Positions 37,312 through 47,206 of a stretch of DNA of 64,000 nt are shown here, piece by piece. Source of the DNA: an uncultured Bacilli bacterium (GTDB taxonomy: Bacteria > Bacillota_I > Bacilli_A > RF39 > UBA660); contig CAKOSO010000001.1 of the NCBI GenBank assembly GCA_934102355.1, positions 299,678 through 363,677 on the forward strand, in the 5' to 3' direction. How positions within the stretch are numbered: the stretch's first letter is position 1; each line of letters starts with the position of its first letter. Under the pieces are notes generated by a model. It ran no database searches, was not told the origin of the DNA, and was given only the letters and a program-made list of their open reading frames with translations. Made by a program: the position numbers and the translations under genes.

Positions 37312-39057
37312 CTACTTTTTATTTTCTTTTTCAACTTCTCTATAATTAACCTTACCAATCAAAGTTTTTGGAAGTTCTTTTTTATACTCAAACTCCTTAG
37401 GAATAGCATATTTTGCAATATATTTTTTGCAATGATTCTTAATACTTTCTTCTAACTCTGGAGTATTCATATATCCATCTTTTAAAACAATTATAGCTTT
37501 AACTTTTTGCCCTCTATAAGGATCACTAACACCAATTACTAAAGATATATAAACAGCTTCATGTCTATCTAAAATATCCTCAATATATGATGGATAAACA
37601 TTATAACCATTAGTAACTATAAGCCTTTTAAGTCTAGTTTTAAAAAAGAAGAAACCATCTTTATCCATACAACCAATATCACCAGTATGAAGCCACAACA
37701 TACCATCATCATGTTCTCTAAGTACTTGCATTGTTTCCTTAGGATTATTTAAATATCCCATCATAACAGCTGGTCCACTTATACAGATTTCTCCATCTTC
37801 CAAAACATTAGCTTCTTCATGAGTTCCAATCTTAACAATTTTATAATATGTATCTGGAAAAGGTATGCCTATCGAATTTTCTTTATAATGATCTCTTGGA
37901 GTAACGCAACTTGAAGCAGTAGCTTCAGTTAAACCATATCCAACAACAACCTTAGCATCAGAATTATGTTTTTCTAAAAATTCATCAATACTTTTCTTTA
38001 AACTTGAAGAAATCATATCTCCACCACAAACAATATTGTGAATAAAGCTAAGATCAACACCATCTAATAATGGATTATTAATCATTGATTGAAAAAGTGA
38101 TGGAACCCCAATAACAAAACCTGGTTTATTTTTAATCAAAATCTGTGCAAAATCATCTGGTTTAAATTGTGGTACCAATACAACATTAGTAGCATTAATC
38201 ATTGCAGTATGCACACAAACACCAAGACCAAACCCATGGAAAACAGGCATAATAGCAAGTATTGTTTCGCCAACTTTATTAGTTTCATGAAATATATTAA
38301 AAAGTTGTGTTCCAACAGCATTAAAAGCTAAATTTGATAAAACAATACCTTTAGGTGTTCCAGTAGTACCACCACTATAAAGAATAACTGCAGCATCATT
38401 TTTATCTCTTTTAACATAAGGATTATTACTATAATTAAGACCCTTATCTAAAAACTTTTTCCAACTAAAAACTGATATATCATTAAATATTTTATATAAT
38501 AATTCCTTAAAAATTCTACCAGGTCTTTTTTTATGTTTAAACAAAAAATACAAAGTCGATTTATATATAGACATATCATAACTTGGATATGCAATAACTA
38601 CATCTTTAATATATGTATTTTTTACAATCTTAAATAAATTATCATAAGCAGCATCAACAACTAAAATAAGTTTAGATTTAGAATTTTTAAGATAAAACTC
38701 GATTTCTTTTTCACTCGATAAAGGATGAATCATTTGTGCTATAGCACCAATCATATTTACTGCATAAAAAAGAATAATTGCTTGCGGAGTATTAGGCATA
38801 CAAATACTAACAATTTCATTTTCTTTAACTCCTCTTGCTTTTAAAGCATAAGCAGCTTCATTAACCCTTTTCATAAAATCTTCATAAGTACAACTCTTAT
38901 CAAAATATGTATATGCTTTAGCATCTGGATATTCTTTTGAAATCTTATTTACAGCATCATACATAGAACCACTTTCATATTCTAATGAACAAGGCCAGTC
39001 ATAAAACTTAGTCCATGGTTTATCTATATAACTAATTTTCTTCTTTGATTTTTTCAT
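37312..39057 (-). CDS. AMP-dependent synthetase/ligase (fatty-acid--CoA ligase-like)
   Basis: LYSGGTTGTPKG, GYGLTE and TGDIG..D.DGFFF motifs. Confidence 0.85.
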   Translation of the reverse strand: MKKSKKKISYIDKPWTKFYDWPCSLEYESGSMYDAVNKISKEYPDAKAYTYFDKSCTYEDFMKRVNEAAYALKARGVKENEIVSICMPNTPQAIILFYAVNMIGAIAQMIHPLSSEKEIEFYLKNSKSKLILVVDAAYDNLFKIVKNTYIKDVVIAYPSYDMSIYKSTLYFLFKHKKRPGRIFKELLYKIFNDISVFSWKKFLDKGLNYSNNPYVKRDKNDAAVILYSGGTTGTPKGIVLSNLAFNAVGTQLFNIFHETNKVGETILAIMPVFHGFGLGVCVHTAMINATNVVLVPQFKPDDFAQILIKNKPGFVIGVPSLFQSMINNPLLDGVDLSFIHNIVCGGDMISSSLKKSIDEFLEKHNSDAKVVVGYGLTEATASSCVTPRDHYKENSIGIPFPDTYYKIVKIGTHEEANVLEDGEICISGPAVMMGYLNNPKETMQVLREHDDGMLWLHTGDIGCMDKDGFFFFKTRLKRLIVTNGYNVYPSYIEDILDRHEAVYISLVIGVSDPYRGQKVKAIIVLKDGYMNTPELEESIKNHCKKYIAKYAIPKEFEYKKELPKTLIGKVNYREVEKENKK

Positions 39058-39898
39058 CTACATTATCCTCCAATAATTTAGGATTTTTCATAATATCTTC
39101 AAAAATCTTAAAAGACTTTATAAAATAAAAACCATCAGCAATTCTCTCATCAACAGTAATACCAAAATCACACATATCACGTAATTCAACCTTGCCATCA
39201 TCCATAACAACTTGTTCTTTATGTATCTTACCAATTGTCATAAGTATAGAATTAGTACCAAAATCTGTTAAATGGTGATATATAGAATTACTTCCAATAG
39301 AACCAATATTAGAAAGTAATATAGTACTATGATATAAACTATCTTCTATAAAAGATTGTGGAAGTAAATCATGTCTATCAAGAAATTTAAGTACCCAAAC
39401 AACAAAAGTTAAAATAGGTTTTGGAAGTTTAGCAACTATTTTCATAATATTATCAGTACCACCACCAACCTCATGAGAAGTTCTAATCTTTTTAACTCTT
39501 TTTGATATCTTATCTTTTATTTTAAACACATTGTCAGATGGATCAACATTTAATACTGTTAATACCTCCTTAGAATTATCAGTAAATTCTACTTTTGCAA
39601 CAAAAGATAAAGATACATTCTTTCTATCATAAAATGTTTTATTTATAATAAATCTATTAAGAAGTGGTCTATTATAAATCACCTTAGCTATTGCACATGA
39701 AAAAGCATGAAAATAAGTTATCTTATCATCACTATTTTTTTTATTATAAGAATCAATATATTTAACTAATTCAGTAACATCAACATTTCTAGTTATAAAA
39801 CAATCTGAATCACATCTTTTAGGTTGTAATCTAATTTGAATCTTATGTAGAGCATCAACATTTTTAACCTTAACAGCATCTTTTCTTTTCCCAAACAT
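39032..39898 (-). CDS. stand-alone 2-oxoacid dehydrogenase E2 / CAT-fold acyltransferase domain protein
   Basis: The C-terminal region GITVDERIADGFYFIKSFKIFEDIMKNPKLL aligns with E2 ..DHRxxDG...F...L...E.P..LL. It has no lipoyl or E3-binding domains. Overlaps the ligase gene by 26 nt. Confidence 0.7.
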   Translation of the reverse strand: MFGKRKDAVKVKNVDALHKIQIRLQPKRCDSDCFITRNVDVTELVKYIDSYNKKNSDDKITYFHAFSCAIAKVIYNRPLLNRFIINKTFYDRKNVSLSFVAKVEFTDNSKEVLTVLNVDPSDNVFKIKDKISKRVKKIRTSHEVGGGTDNIMKIVAKLPKPILTFVVWVLKFLDRHDLLPQSFIEDSLYHSTILLSNIGSIGSNSIYHHLTDFGTNSILMTIGKIHKEQVVMDDGKVELRDMCDFGITVDERIADGFYFIKSFKIFEDIMKNPKLLEDNVDEKIKEEN

Positions 39899-39946
39899 AA
39901 TATACCTCTCTATCTAATATAAAGTATACTATCAAATGAAATATTT

Positions 39947-40234
39947 TTAAACATCTTTTTTTAAACTTTCCACCTCCTTAGTCAAGGCATCAATTAATTT
40001 TTTAAGCATTTTAATTGTATCTTCATTACTGTCCGGATCATAATTACTATCAGAAACATTCTGCGTTTGTAACTGCTTAAAATATGCATTAGTACATAAA
40101 ACCTGAGCAATTAACATAAGCCAGTTACCAAGTGCATTTTGTTCTACATAAGTAGAATCATCTAAAAGAATATACCCAACAGCAACAGCTGATAAAGTTG
40201 AAACCTTAGGTGGTAATTTTTTCATAAAATTCAT
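39947..40234 (-). CDS. hypothetical small protein
   Basis: Track ORF. One hydrophobic segment and an acidic, coiled C-terminus. The start is uncertain. Confidence 0.45.
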   Translation of the reverse strand: MNFMKKLPPKVSTLSAVAVGYILLDDSTYVEQNALGNWLMLIAQVLCTNAYFKQLQTQNVSDSNYDPDSNEDTIKMLKKLIDALTKEVESLKKDV

Positions 40235-40329
40235 ACGTATCACTTAATCTTATGCAAAACTATTACATTTAAATTAGAACTAAAATATAAAAATAGAATA
40301 TAATACACTGTAATTAGAAGGAGGATAAA

Positions 40330-41319
40330 ATGCGTAAATATTTAACTTTACTTGTTTCATTGCTTATTATAGTATTATGTTTTGTTTTTTATAAAATAGA
40401 AACTAGACAAGAAAAAACAAATCTTACTAAAGTAACTGTAGCAGAAGTAACACATAGTGTCTTCTACGCTCCACAGTATATAGCAATTAAAAATGAGTAT
40501 TTCAAAGAAGAAGGATTAGATATCGAATTGATTCTAACTCCTGGTGCAGATAATGTTATGGCTGCAGTATTATCAAAAGATGCTGATATTGGTCTATCTG
40601 GAGCTGAAGCAACAATATATGTATACAATGCTGGAGAAAAAGACTATATAAAAACATTTGCACAATTAACACAAAAAGATGGATCATTTATAGTTTCAAG
40701 AGAAAAAATTGAAAACTTCACTCTTAATGATCTAAAAGGTAAATACATCATTGGAGGAAGAATCGGTGGTATGCCAGAAATGACATTAGAATGGGCATTA
40801 AAAGAAAATAATATAGATCCCAAAAAAGATCTAACTATAGATACAAGTATTGCCTTTGCATCAATGTCAAGTGCTTTCATAGGTGGAACTGGAGACTTTG
40901 TTGCATTATTTGAACCAACTGCAACACAAATAGAAAATCAAGGTTATGGATACAAAGTTGCATCATTAGGTTCACTTGGAGGAGTAGTACCATATACTGC
41001 ATATAATGCAAGATCAAGCTACATAGAAAACAACAAAGACGTTATAGAAAAATTTACAAGAGCAATAGAAAAGGGCTTAAAATTTGTACATGAAAATGAT
41101 AGTGAAACTATTGCAAATAAAATTCTAGAATTCTTTCCAGATACATCATTAAATGATTTAACTAAAGCAATAGAAGCATATAAACAAAATGAAACATGGC
41201 CTAATAATACTACCTTCACAGAAGAATCATGGAATCACTTACAAGAAATAATTGTAGAAGCAGGACAATTAGATAAAGATAAAACTGTAAATTACAGTGA
41301 TTTAATTTATGAAAGATAA
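40330..41319 (+). CDS. ABC transporter substrate-binding protein, NMT1/THI5 (SsuA/TauA-like) family
   Basis: N-terminal anchor. The pattern VAEVTHSVFYAPQYIA...GYFKEEGLD and the overall layout fit NitT/TauT-type binding proteins. Confidence 0.8.
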   Translation: MRKYLTLLVSLLIIVLCFVFYKIETRQEKTNLTKVTVAEVTHSVFYAPQYIAIKNEYFKEEGLDIELILTPGADNVMAAVLSKDADIGLSGAEATIYVYNAGEKDYIKTFAQLTQKDGSFIVSREKIENFTLNDLKGKYIIGGRIGGMPEMTLEWALKENNIDPKKDLTIDTSIAFASMSSAFIGGTGDFVALFEPTATQIENQGYGYKVASLGSLGGVVPYTAYNARSSYIENNKDVIEKFTRAIEKGLKFVHENDSETIANKILEFFPDTSLNDLTKAIEAYKQNETWPNNTTFTEESWNHLQEIIVEAGQLDKDKTVNYSDLIYER

Positions 41320-42058
41320 AATATTAGAACTTAAAAATATCAAGAAAATATATCACGAAAAACAAGGAGAAATTATCGCACTTGATAATATCTCTTTTAA
41401 TGTAAGAGATAAAGAATTTATATCAATAATTGGTCCATCTGGTTGTGGTAAATCAACAATTTTAAGTATCCTAGCAAACATAGAAAGTCTAACACAAGGA
41501 GAAATAAAAATAAAAGACAAAGTAAAAGTAGGATACATGTTACAACAAGATTCATTATTTCCATGGAAAACAGTTTTAGAAAATTGTTATATTGGTTTAA
41601 AAATACAAAAACAAGATACAAAAGAAAATAAAAATAAAGTTCTAGAACTATTAAAAAAATATGGATTATATGAATTTAAAGACAAATACCCAAGTAGTTT
41701 ATCTGGTGGTATGAGACAAAGAGTTGCCTTAATAAGAACACTAGCAACCAATCCAGATATATTATTACTTGATGAACCATTTAGTGCTCTAGACTACCAA
41801 ACAAGGTTAAAACTATCAGATGATTTATATAAAATAATAAAGAATGAAAAAAAATCTGCAATCATGGTAACACACGATATAGCAGAAGCAATTTCCTTAT
41901 CACAAAGAATAATATTACTTACAAAAAGACCAGCAACTATTAAAGAAATATATGAAATAAACCTTGAAGAAAACAAAACTCCAACCGAAAATAGAAAAGA
42001 TAAAAACTTCATGAAATACTACGATGCAATCTGGAAGGAGTTAGATAACCATGTATAG
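41309..42058 (+). CDS. ABC transporter ATP-binding protein (NitT/TauT family)
   Basis: Walker A GPSGCGKST, signature LSGGMRQR, Walker B LLLDEPFSALD. Confidence 0.9.
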   Translation: MKDKILELKNIKKIYHEKQGEIIALDNISFNVRDKEFISIIGPSGCGKSTILSILANIESLTQGEIKIKDKVKVGYMLQQDSLFPWKTVLENCYIGLKIQKQDTKENKNKVLELLKKYGLYEFKDKYPSSLSGGMRQRVALIRTLATNPDILLLDEPFSALDYQTRLKLSDDLYKIIKNEKKSAIMVTHDIAEAISLSQRIILLTKRPATIKEIYEINLEENKTPTENRKDKNFMKYYDAIWKELDNHV

Positions 42059-42836
42059 CAATGAACATAAAAGATACTTAAAAAAATTAAAATTAAATAA
42101 AATATTAATAATAACTATACAAATATTGATAATAACATCACTTATAATAATATGGGAAATACTTGCTAAAAAAAACATCATTAATACATTTCTATCATCA
42201 TCTCCTAGCATTATTTTTAAAACTATAATTGATTTATTTAAAAATAATAACTTAATTTCACATATTAATATAACCTTCCTAGAAGTAATTGTAAGTTTTT
42301 TACTATCAACACTAATAGGAATACTAATAGCAACAATAATGTGGTGGAACAAAACCTTATCAAAGATAATTGATCCATACCTTACTGTATTAAACTCTCT
42401 ACCCAAAGTATCGTTAGGACCTTTAATAATAATATGGTCAGGAGCAAATATAAAATCAATTATCCTAATGGCAATACTAATATCAGTATTTACAACCATA
42501 ATAAATATGTATACATCTTTTATAGAAACAGATCAAAATAAAATAATTTTATTAAAATCATTTAAAGCAACAAAATTTCAAATATTTAAACTAGTAGTAT
42601 TTAGAAGTAATATAAAAAATTTAATTAGTACCCTAAAAATAAACATAAGCCTATCCTTAATTGGAGTAATAATGGGAGAATTATTAGTATCAAAAAAAGG
42701 ATTAGGTTACCTAATAACATATGGGTCACAAACATTTAATTTAAACCTAGTCATAACATCAATAGTAATTCTTGGTATAATGTCATATATTTTATATCTA
42801 ATAATAGATAGAATAGAAAAAAGGATCACAAATTAG
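42051..42836 (+). CDS. ABC transporter permease (NitT/TauT family)
   Basis: Six TM segments in a BPD-type permease layout. Overlaps the ATPase gene by 8 nt. Confidence 0.85.
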   Translation: MYSNEHKRYLKKLKLNKILIITIQILIITSLIIIWEILAKKNIINTFLSSSPSIIFKTIIDLFKNNNLISHINITFLEVIVSFLLSTLIGILIATIMWWNKTLSKIIDPYLTVLNSLPKVSLGPLIIIWSGANIKSIILMAILISVFTTIINMYTSFIETDQNKIILLKSFKATKFQIFKLVVFRSNIKNLISTLKINISLSLIGVIMGELLVSKKGLGYLITYGSQTFNLNLVITSIVILGIMSYILYLIIDRIEKRITN

Positions 42837-42847
42837 TGATCCTTTTA
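42818..42847. terminator. bidirectional terminator between permease and surface-protein genes
   Basis: AAAGGATCAC-AAATTA-GTGATCCTTT with flanking A-runs and T-runs. Confidence 0.7.
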
Positions 42848-42854
42848 ATATTAA

Positions 42855-44558
42855 CTAAGCTTCTTTTTTTCTTTTACTTATATAAAGTACAGTACCTAAA
42901 ACTCCAACACTAAGAGTTGCAATTAAAGCAAAACTTAATATATTGTCTTGTGTATCAGGATTATTAACATTAGTAGCTTGAGGTGTATAGAAATTAAGCT
43001 CGAAAGTAGAGAAACTATTAGTTTCTATAAGAACATATTTTTGACCATCTTCTGTTTTAATTTCATATTTTTTCTCATCTATTAATAAATCTCCTGACTT
43101 ATGTACAACCTTAACATGTGTATCTTTAATACTACTTGGAATTGGTAATTTAATTTTAATTGTTCCATTAATTGCAGAATTAGGAATTACACCAACTGCT
43201 ACACCACCAACAGTGTAATATGGTTTTATATCAAAAGTTAAAACCTTATTCTTTTCATCATAACTTTTCAATTCAGAATTAATTTCGTATTCAACTAATA
43301 AATCATCACTAACACCTTGTAACTTAGAAGTATCTACTGCCTCTAATAAACCAGAATTAGTATTATCTAAATTTGCGTTTGTAATTTCTTTAGCAATTTC
43401 TTTATTTATTGTATCAGAAACAACAACTTTAACTGGTGCAACAACTACTCCACCGTCTTTATCAACAACTTTGTAAACACCATCACCCTTTACAACTTTG
43501 TAAGGATCTTTAACAAAATCTTTTATATTAGCAGAAGTAAATATTCCTTTAGTAACAGTTACTTTATCATTATCAACTAACTTTATATCACCAGTAAATG
43601 TTTCACCATTAATAACTAAGCTTTCTAAAGAATTGTTAACAACATCAGCTTCATTTTTCTTAGCTAAATAATGATATATTGCATAACTTTCTTTACTTTC
43701 AACAGTTCCTCCGTCTATGCTTATATTAATACCACCAGCATAACCATTATTAGACTCTATTTGAATAGCTGATCCTGTTGGATTAATACCATCATTATTA
43801 TAACTTCCATCAGCTTTATTTCCTGTTCCTATTACTTTAGTATCTTTAATATTAAATACACCAGCTTTAGCACCTATACCACCTTCAACACCTTCAATAA
43901 TAGCACCAGTTATATTATATTTAGAATAACCAGCAGCATAGATACCAAATCCCTTAGCACTTATATTAGCACCTTTATATATATTAACAATTGGATAATT
44001 TTCTTTATGTTGAATATTTCCATTTACGTAGATACCAGAGCCTGTAATACCATCAGCATCAACAAGACCTACAACAGTACCATAAACATTAACAGTAACA
44101 CCATAAGAATTCTTAATCTTATTTGTTCCACCTATTTGATCTATAAATATACCAGACCAACCTTTAAGAGTAACATCTTTACCAACTGTTAAAGTGCTAT
44201 AATTAGTATCGCCCTTATTTTCAGAACCCTTTATAAGTACTGGAGCAAAATATGGTTCAACTTCAAGCATAGTTCCTTTACCAGTAATTTCTAAATTACC
44301 ACCGATTAGCTTTATACTTTTTTTATGTGCAAATGTAATAGTATGACCATTTAAATCAAGAGTCATTTTTTTATCTATTACAACATTCTCGGTAATTTCA
44401 AAATCATCAGTAATCTTTACATTTTTCCCTTCGTCAACTGCAGCAACAAATTCCTTTTCATCCTTTACTTCTGTAAACTCAAGTGCTAAGGCTTTTACAG
44501 GAACAATAACAGCCATAAGCACTATTGCAGCAATAAATAATCTTTTAATTTTCTTCAT
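42855..44558 (-). CDS. cell-surface protein, beta-helix-like repeats, C-terminal sorting-signal-like anchor
   Basis: Signal peptide ..VKALA/LE. The body is Gly/Val/Ile-rich and repetitive (GSGIYVNGN, GFGIYAAGY). The C-terminus is NPDTQ, then a 22-aa hydrophobic stretch, then KRKKEA. Confidence 0.7.
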   Translation of the reverse strand: MKKIKRLFIAAIVLMAVIVPVKALALEFTEVKDEKEFVAAVDEGKNVKITDDFEITENVVIDKKMTLDLNGHTITFAHKKSIKLIGGNLEITGKGTMLEVEPYFAPVLIKGSENKGDTNYSTLTVGKDVTLKGWSGIFIDQIGGTNKIKNSYGVTVNVYGTVVGLVDADGITGSGIYVNGNIQHKENYPIVNIYKGANISAKGFGIYAAGYSKYNITGAIIEGVEGGIGAKAGVFNIKDTKVIGTGNKADGSYNNDGINPTGSAIQIESNNGYAGGINISIDGGTVESKESYAIYHYLAKKNEADVVNNSLESLVINGETFTGDIKLVDNDKVTVTKGIFTSANIKDFVKDPYKVVKGDGVYKVVDKDGGVVVAPVKVVVSDTINKEIAKEITNANLDNTNSGLLEAVDTSKLQGVSDDLLVEYEINSELKSYDEKNKVLTFDIKPYYTVGGVAVGVIPNSAINGTIKIKLPIPSSIKDTHVKVVHKSGDLLIDEKKYEIKTEDGQKYVLIETNSFSTFELNFYTPQATNVNNPDTQDNILSFALIATLSVGVLGTVLYISKRKKEA

Positions 44559-44730
44559 ATCCTTCCTCCTTTATAATACAATGATAACATATAAAAATTA
44601 AAAAGCAACTCCTTTTATTAGACATTTCTCACACTTGACATATTTTGACGGGAAGTGGCAATTTACAATCAAAATAGAACAAATAATAATACCTTTACAA
44701 TAAGCATAGAATTAAAAAGGAGGAACATAT

Positions 44731-45459
44731 ATGGCCTTTACACTTTCCCTTTTAGCAGGATTATCAACATTAATAGGAACACTATATGTTATATTAATAA
44801 AAAAAGAAAACGATAATACAATAATTTCTGCACTCGCCTTTTCAGCATCAATAATATTCTTTGTATCAATAATTGATCTAATTCCAGAAGGAATAAACTT
44901 TATAAAAAATAACAACACCAAAGAAATGACAATGATATTAGCATTCATATTTATATTAATAGGAGTCCTAATCTCATATGCACTAGACAAAATATTACCA
45001 GAAGAAAATAATAAACTACATAAAATAAGTATTCTTTCCATCATCACAATTATTCTTCATAATATACCAGAAGGAATAGCAACATATATAACCGCTAAAA
45101 CAAATACAAATTTAGGAGTTTCACTAGCTATTGCTATTGCATTGCATAACATTCCAGAAGGAATAATAATATCATTACCGGTTTATTATTCAACAAAAAG
45201 CAAAAGAAAAGCCTTTTTATATACAATGATAGCAGCGTTATCAGAACCACTTGGAGCACTATTAGCATTTCTTTTCTTACAAAGAATTATAACAGTTGAA
45301 AAACTTGGGTATATCTACTTCATAATAGCGGGAATAATGATATATTTATCAATATTTGAATTATTAAAAGCATCAATTTCATATAAAAAAAAGAAAGTGA
45401 CAATATTATCACTTTTTATCGGTTTTCTTATATTTATGATTGGTTTTATACTCTTCTAA
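44731..45459 (+). CDS. zupT: ZIP family metal transporter
   Basis: Repeated HNIPEGIA / HNIPEGII motifs and 8 TM segments. AAGGAGG RBS. Confidence 0.85.
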   Translation: MAFTLSLLAGLSTLIGTLYVILIKKENDNTIISALAFSASIIFFVSIIDLIPEGINFIKNNNTKEMTMILAFIFILIGVLISYALDKILPEENNKLHKISILSIITIILHNIPEGIATYITAKTNTNLGVSLAIAIALHNIPEGIIISLPVYYSTKSKRKAFLYTMIAALSEPLGALLAFLFLQRIITVEKLGYIYFIIAGIMIYLSIFELLKASISYKKKKVTILSLFIGFLIFMIGFILF

Positions 45460-46623
45460 AGCTTTAACATACTCAACTAAAATTTTACTAGCAAAAGCTT
45501 CAAGAGAATAAGAATAAGATTCTTTTTTTGCTTCTAAAGCCATATTTTCTAATATTTTTCTATTTTTATCTAAATACAAAACAGCATCACAATAACTTTT
45601 TTCATCTTTAAAAATTATACCATTTTTGTGATCGGAAACTATATCAATAAAACTTGGATCATCAATTGCTAAAACAGGAAGAGCCGCAGCAAAAGCCTCA
45701 ATTAAAGTTAATCCTTGCGTTTCAAATCTTGATGCCGATGCAAAAACTGATGCTAATCTATAATACTTAGAAACTTCTTTATTTGGAACTTTACCAACAA
45801 AAATAACATTATCTAAAATTCCAAGTTCTTTAGCTTGTTCCTTTAAATTTTTATCTTCAGGTCCACCACCAACAATCATTAGTTTAATATGTTTATCTTT
45901 TTCTACTAGCTTTTTATGACAATCAACTAAAAACTGAATATTTTTTTCATATCCCAATCTTCCAACCCAAAGAATAACAAAGTCACTCTTCTTAATACCA
46001 TGTTTTTTTCTTAAAGCATCTATTTCCTTATCACTATAAATAGAAGAATCAAAATTTTGAATTTCTATCCCAGAAGGAATAACTGTTACGTCTTGTTTAA
46101 TCTTATATTTATCTTTTAAAAGTCTTTTTGGTTTTTCACCAGGAACAATAACCCTGACAACTCTTTTAGTTAAAAAAGTTGTAACAAAAGCTTTGGCACC
46201 TTTCTTACCTAATTTATCAAAATGTCCATTAGTAATATAATTAATACAATCTTCATACATTGTATGAAAAGTATGTACAACTGGAACATTAATCTTTTTC
46301 GCTATTGATTTTCCAAAAATTCCCATCATACCCTCTGTATGAGTATGAACTATATCCAAATCAAGATCCTTAACAATTTTTACTGCACCTTGTGGATAAG
46401 TAATTCTGAAATAATAATCATAAAGGTTCTTAGGAGTTCTAGTACCCGGAATTTTAACAACATTACCATCTAATTTATACTTTTTTTTACCTTCATCACC
46501 ATTAAGAGAAATAACATAAACATCGTGTCCTAAAGCTTCAAGCCCTTTCTTCAACCCATCTACTGCAGTAACAACACCACTAACATAAGGTAGATAAGTA
46601 TCAGTAAATAATCCTATTCTCAT
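45409..46623 (-). CDS. GT4 glycosyltransferase, alMGS-like 1,2-diacylglycerol 3-alpha-glucosyltransferase candidate
   Basis: MRIGLFTDTYLPYVSGVVTAV..LKKGLEALGHDVYVI closely resembles the N-terminus of Acholeplasma alMGS from memory. A GT4 E-x7-E region is present (ETQGLTLIEA). Confidence 0.75.
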   Translation of the reverse strand: MRIGLFTDTYLPYVSGVVTAVDGLKKGLEALGHDVYVISLNGDEGKKKYKLDGNVVKIPGTRTPKNLYDYYFRITYPQGAVKIVKDLDLDIVHTHTEGMMGIFGKSIAKKINVPVVHTFHTMYEDCINYITNGHFDKLGKKGAKAFVTTFLTKRVVRVIVPGEKPKRLLKDKYKIKQDVTVIPSGIEIQNFDSSIYSDKEIDALRKKHGIKKSDFVILWVGRLGYEKNIQFLVDCHKKLVEKDKHIKLMIVGGGPEDKNLKEQAKELGILDNVIFVGKVPNKEVSKYYRLASVFASASRFETQGLTLIEAFAAALPVLAIDDPSFIDIVSDHKNGIIFKDEKSYCDAVLYLDKNRKILENMALEAKKESYSYSLEAFASKILVEYVKALEEYKTNHKYKKTDKK

Positions 46624-46669
46624 TCATTTCACCTACTTAAACACATTATATCATATATAAAAATATATG

Positions 46670-46699
46670 CAAAAAAAAGAAACTATTTGCTAGTTTCTT
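46670..46699 (-). terminator. intrinsic terminator of cold-shock gene
   Basis: Minus-strand AAGAAACTA-GCAAA-TAGTTTCTT followed by 8 T. Confidence 0.8.
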
Positions 46700-46911
46700 T
46701 ACGCTAAATGAACATTAACTGCTCTACTCTTTGAGTTATCTTTTGGATCTTTTTCAACATCAAAAGTCACCTTTTGACCCTCAGTCAAAGTTTTATAACC
46801 ATCAGATACTATTGCAGAAAAATGAACGAAAATTTCTTCATTTGATGAAGTATCTGAAATAAATCCATATCCTTTTTCGTTGTTAAACCATTTAACTGTA
46901 CCTTCTCTCAT
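46699..46911 (-). CDS. cold-shock protein (CspA family)
   Basis: [15 protein letters not shown] (RNP1) and FVHFSAI (RNP2). ATG 46911 follows a GGAGG RBS. Confidence 0.95.
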   Translation of the reverse strand: MREGTVKWFNNEKGYGFISDTSSNEEIFVHFSAIVSDGYKTLTEGQKVTFDVEKDPKDNSKSRAVNVHLA

Positions 46912-46950
46912 TGGTACCTCCACATTCTGTTCTAATAATAGAACACCTTG

Positions 46951-46979
46951 AGAATATCATTTAGAATTAAAAAAGTCAA
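46951..46979 (-). promoter_or_regulatory. candidate promoter of cold-shock gene
   Basis: Minus-strand TTGACT, 17 nt spacer, TATTCT, with a TG extended -10. Confidence 0.3.
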
Positions 46980-47206
46980 CCAAAATAAAAATTCAAATTG
47001 TTAATAATGTAAAAACATCAATCATTTTTACTACTGAAGTATTAGAAGTAAACGAAATAGGAATTTTATTATAATCTCCAACTGATATCATCAAATTATT
47101 TAATTAATATTAACCCCTAAAAATGTAAAAGAAAAAGAAAGAGAATAACAAAAAAAGACTTAAAATAACACAAAGCAATTTAAATCTTATAAATCAAAAC
47201 CAAAAT

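Noticed and set aside
40244-40329. TPP (THI-box) riboswitch upstream of the NMT1/THI5-family ABC operon.
   Set aside because: Only 86 nt are available, the region is extremely AT-rich, and it lacks the conserved CUGAGA / ACCUGA elements.
42041-42499. 152-aa antisense ORF opposite the ABC permease. Similar cases are 44712-45047 opposite zupT, 52602-53066 opposite the MacB-type gene, and 14034-14345, 15106-15366, 40644-40880, 41019-41219, 41353-41621 and 41794-42012.
   Set aside because: These are antisense shadows of confidently assigned genes. They have no RBS and Ile/Leu/Phe/Ser-rich composition typical of AT-rich antisense frames.
44559-44730. Zur/Fur/PerR-type 7-1-7 operator upstream of zupT.
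   Set aside because: Fragments such as TTATAAT and TGATAAC occur, but no full inverted repeat resembling TCGTAATnATTACGA or TGATAATnATTATCA is present.
45409-45459. 51-nt convergent overlap between the 3' ends of zupT and the GT4 gene.
   Set aside because: It is probably real or due to a short non-conserved C-terminal tail (..KTNHKYKKTDKK) on the GT4 ORF. There is no evidence of antisense regulation.
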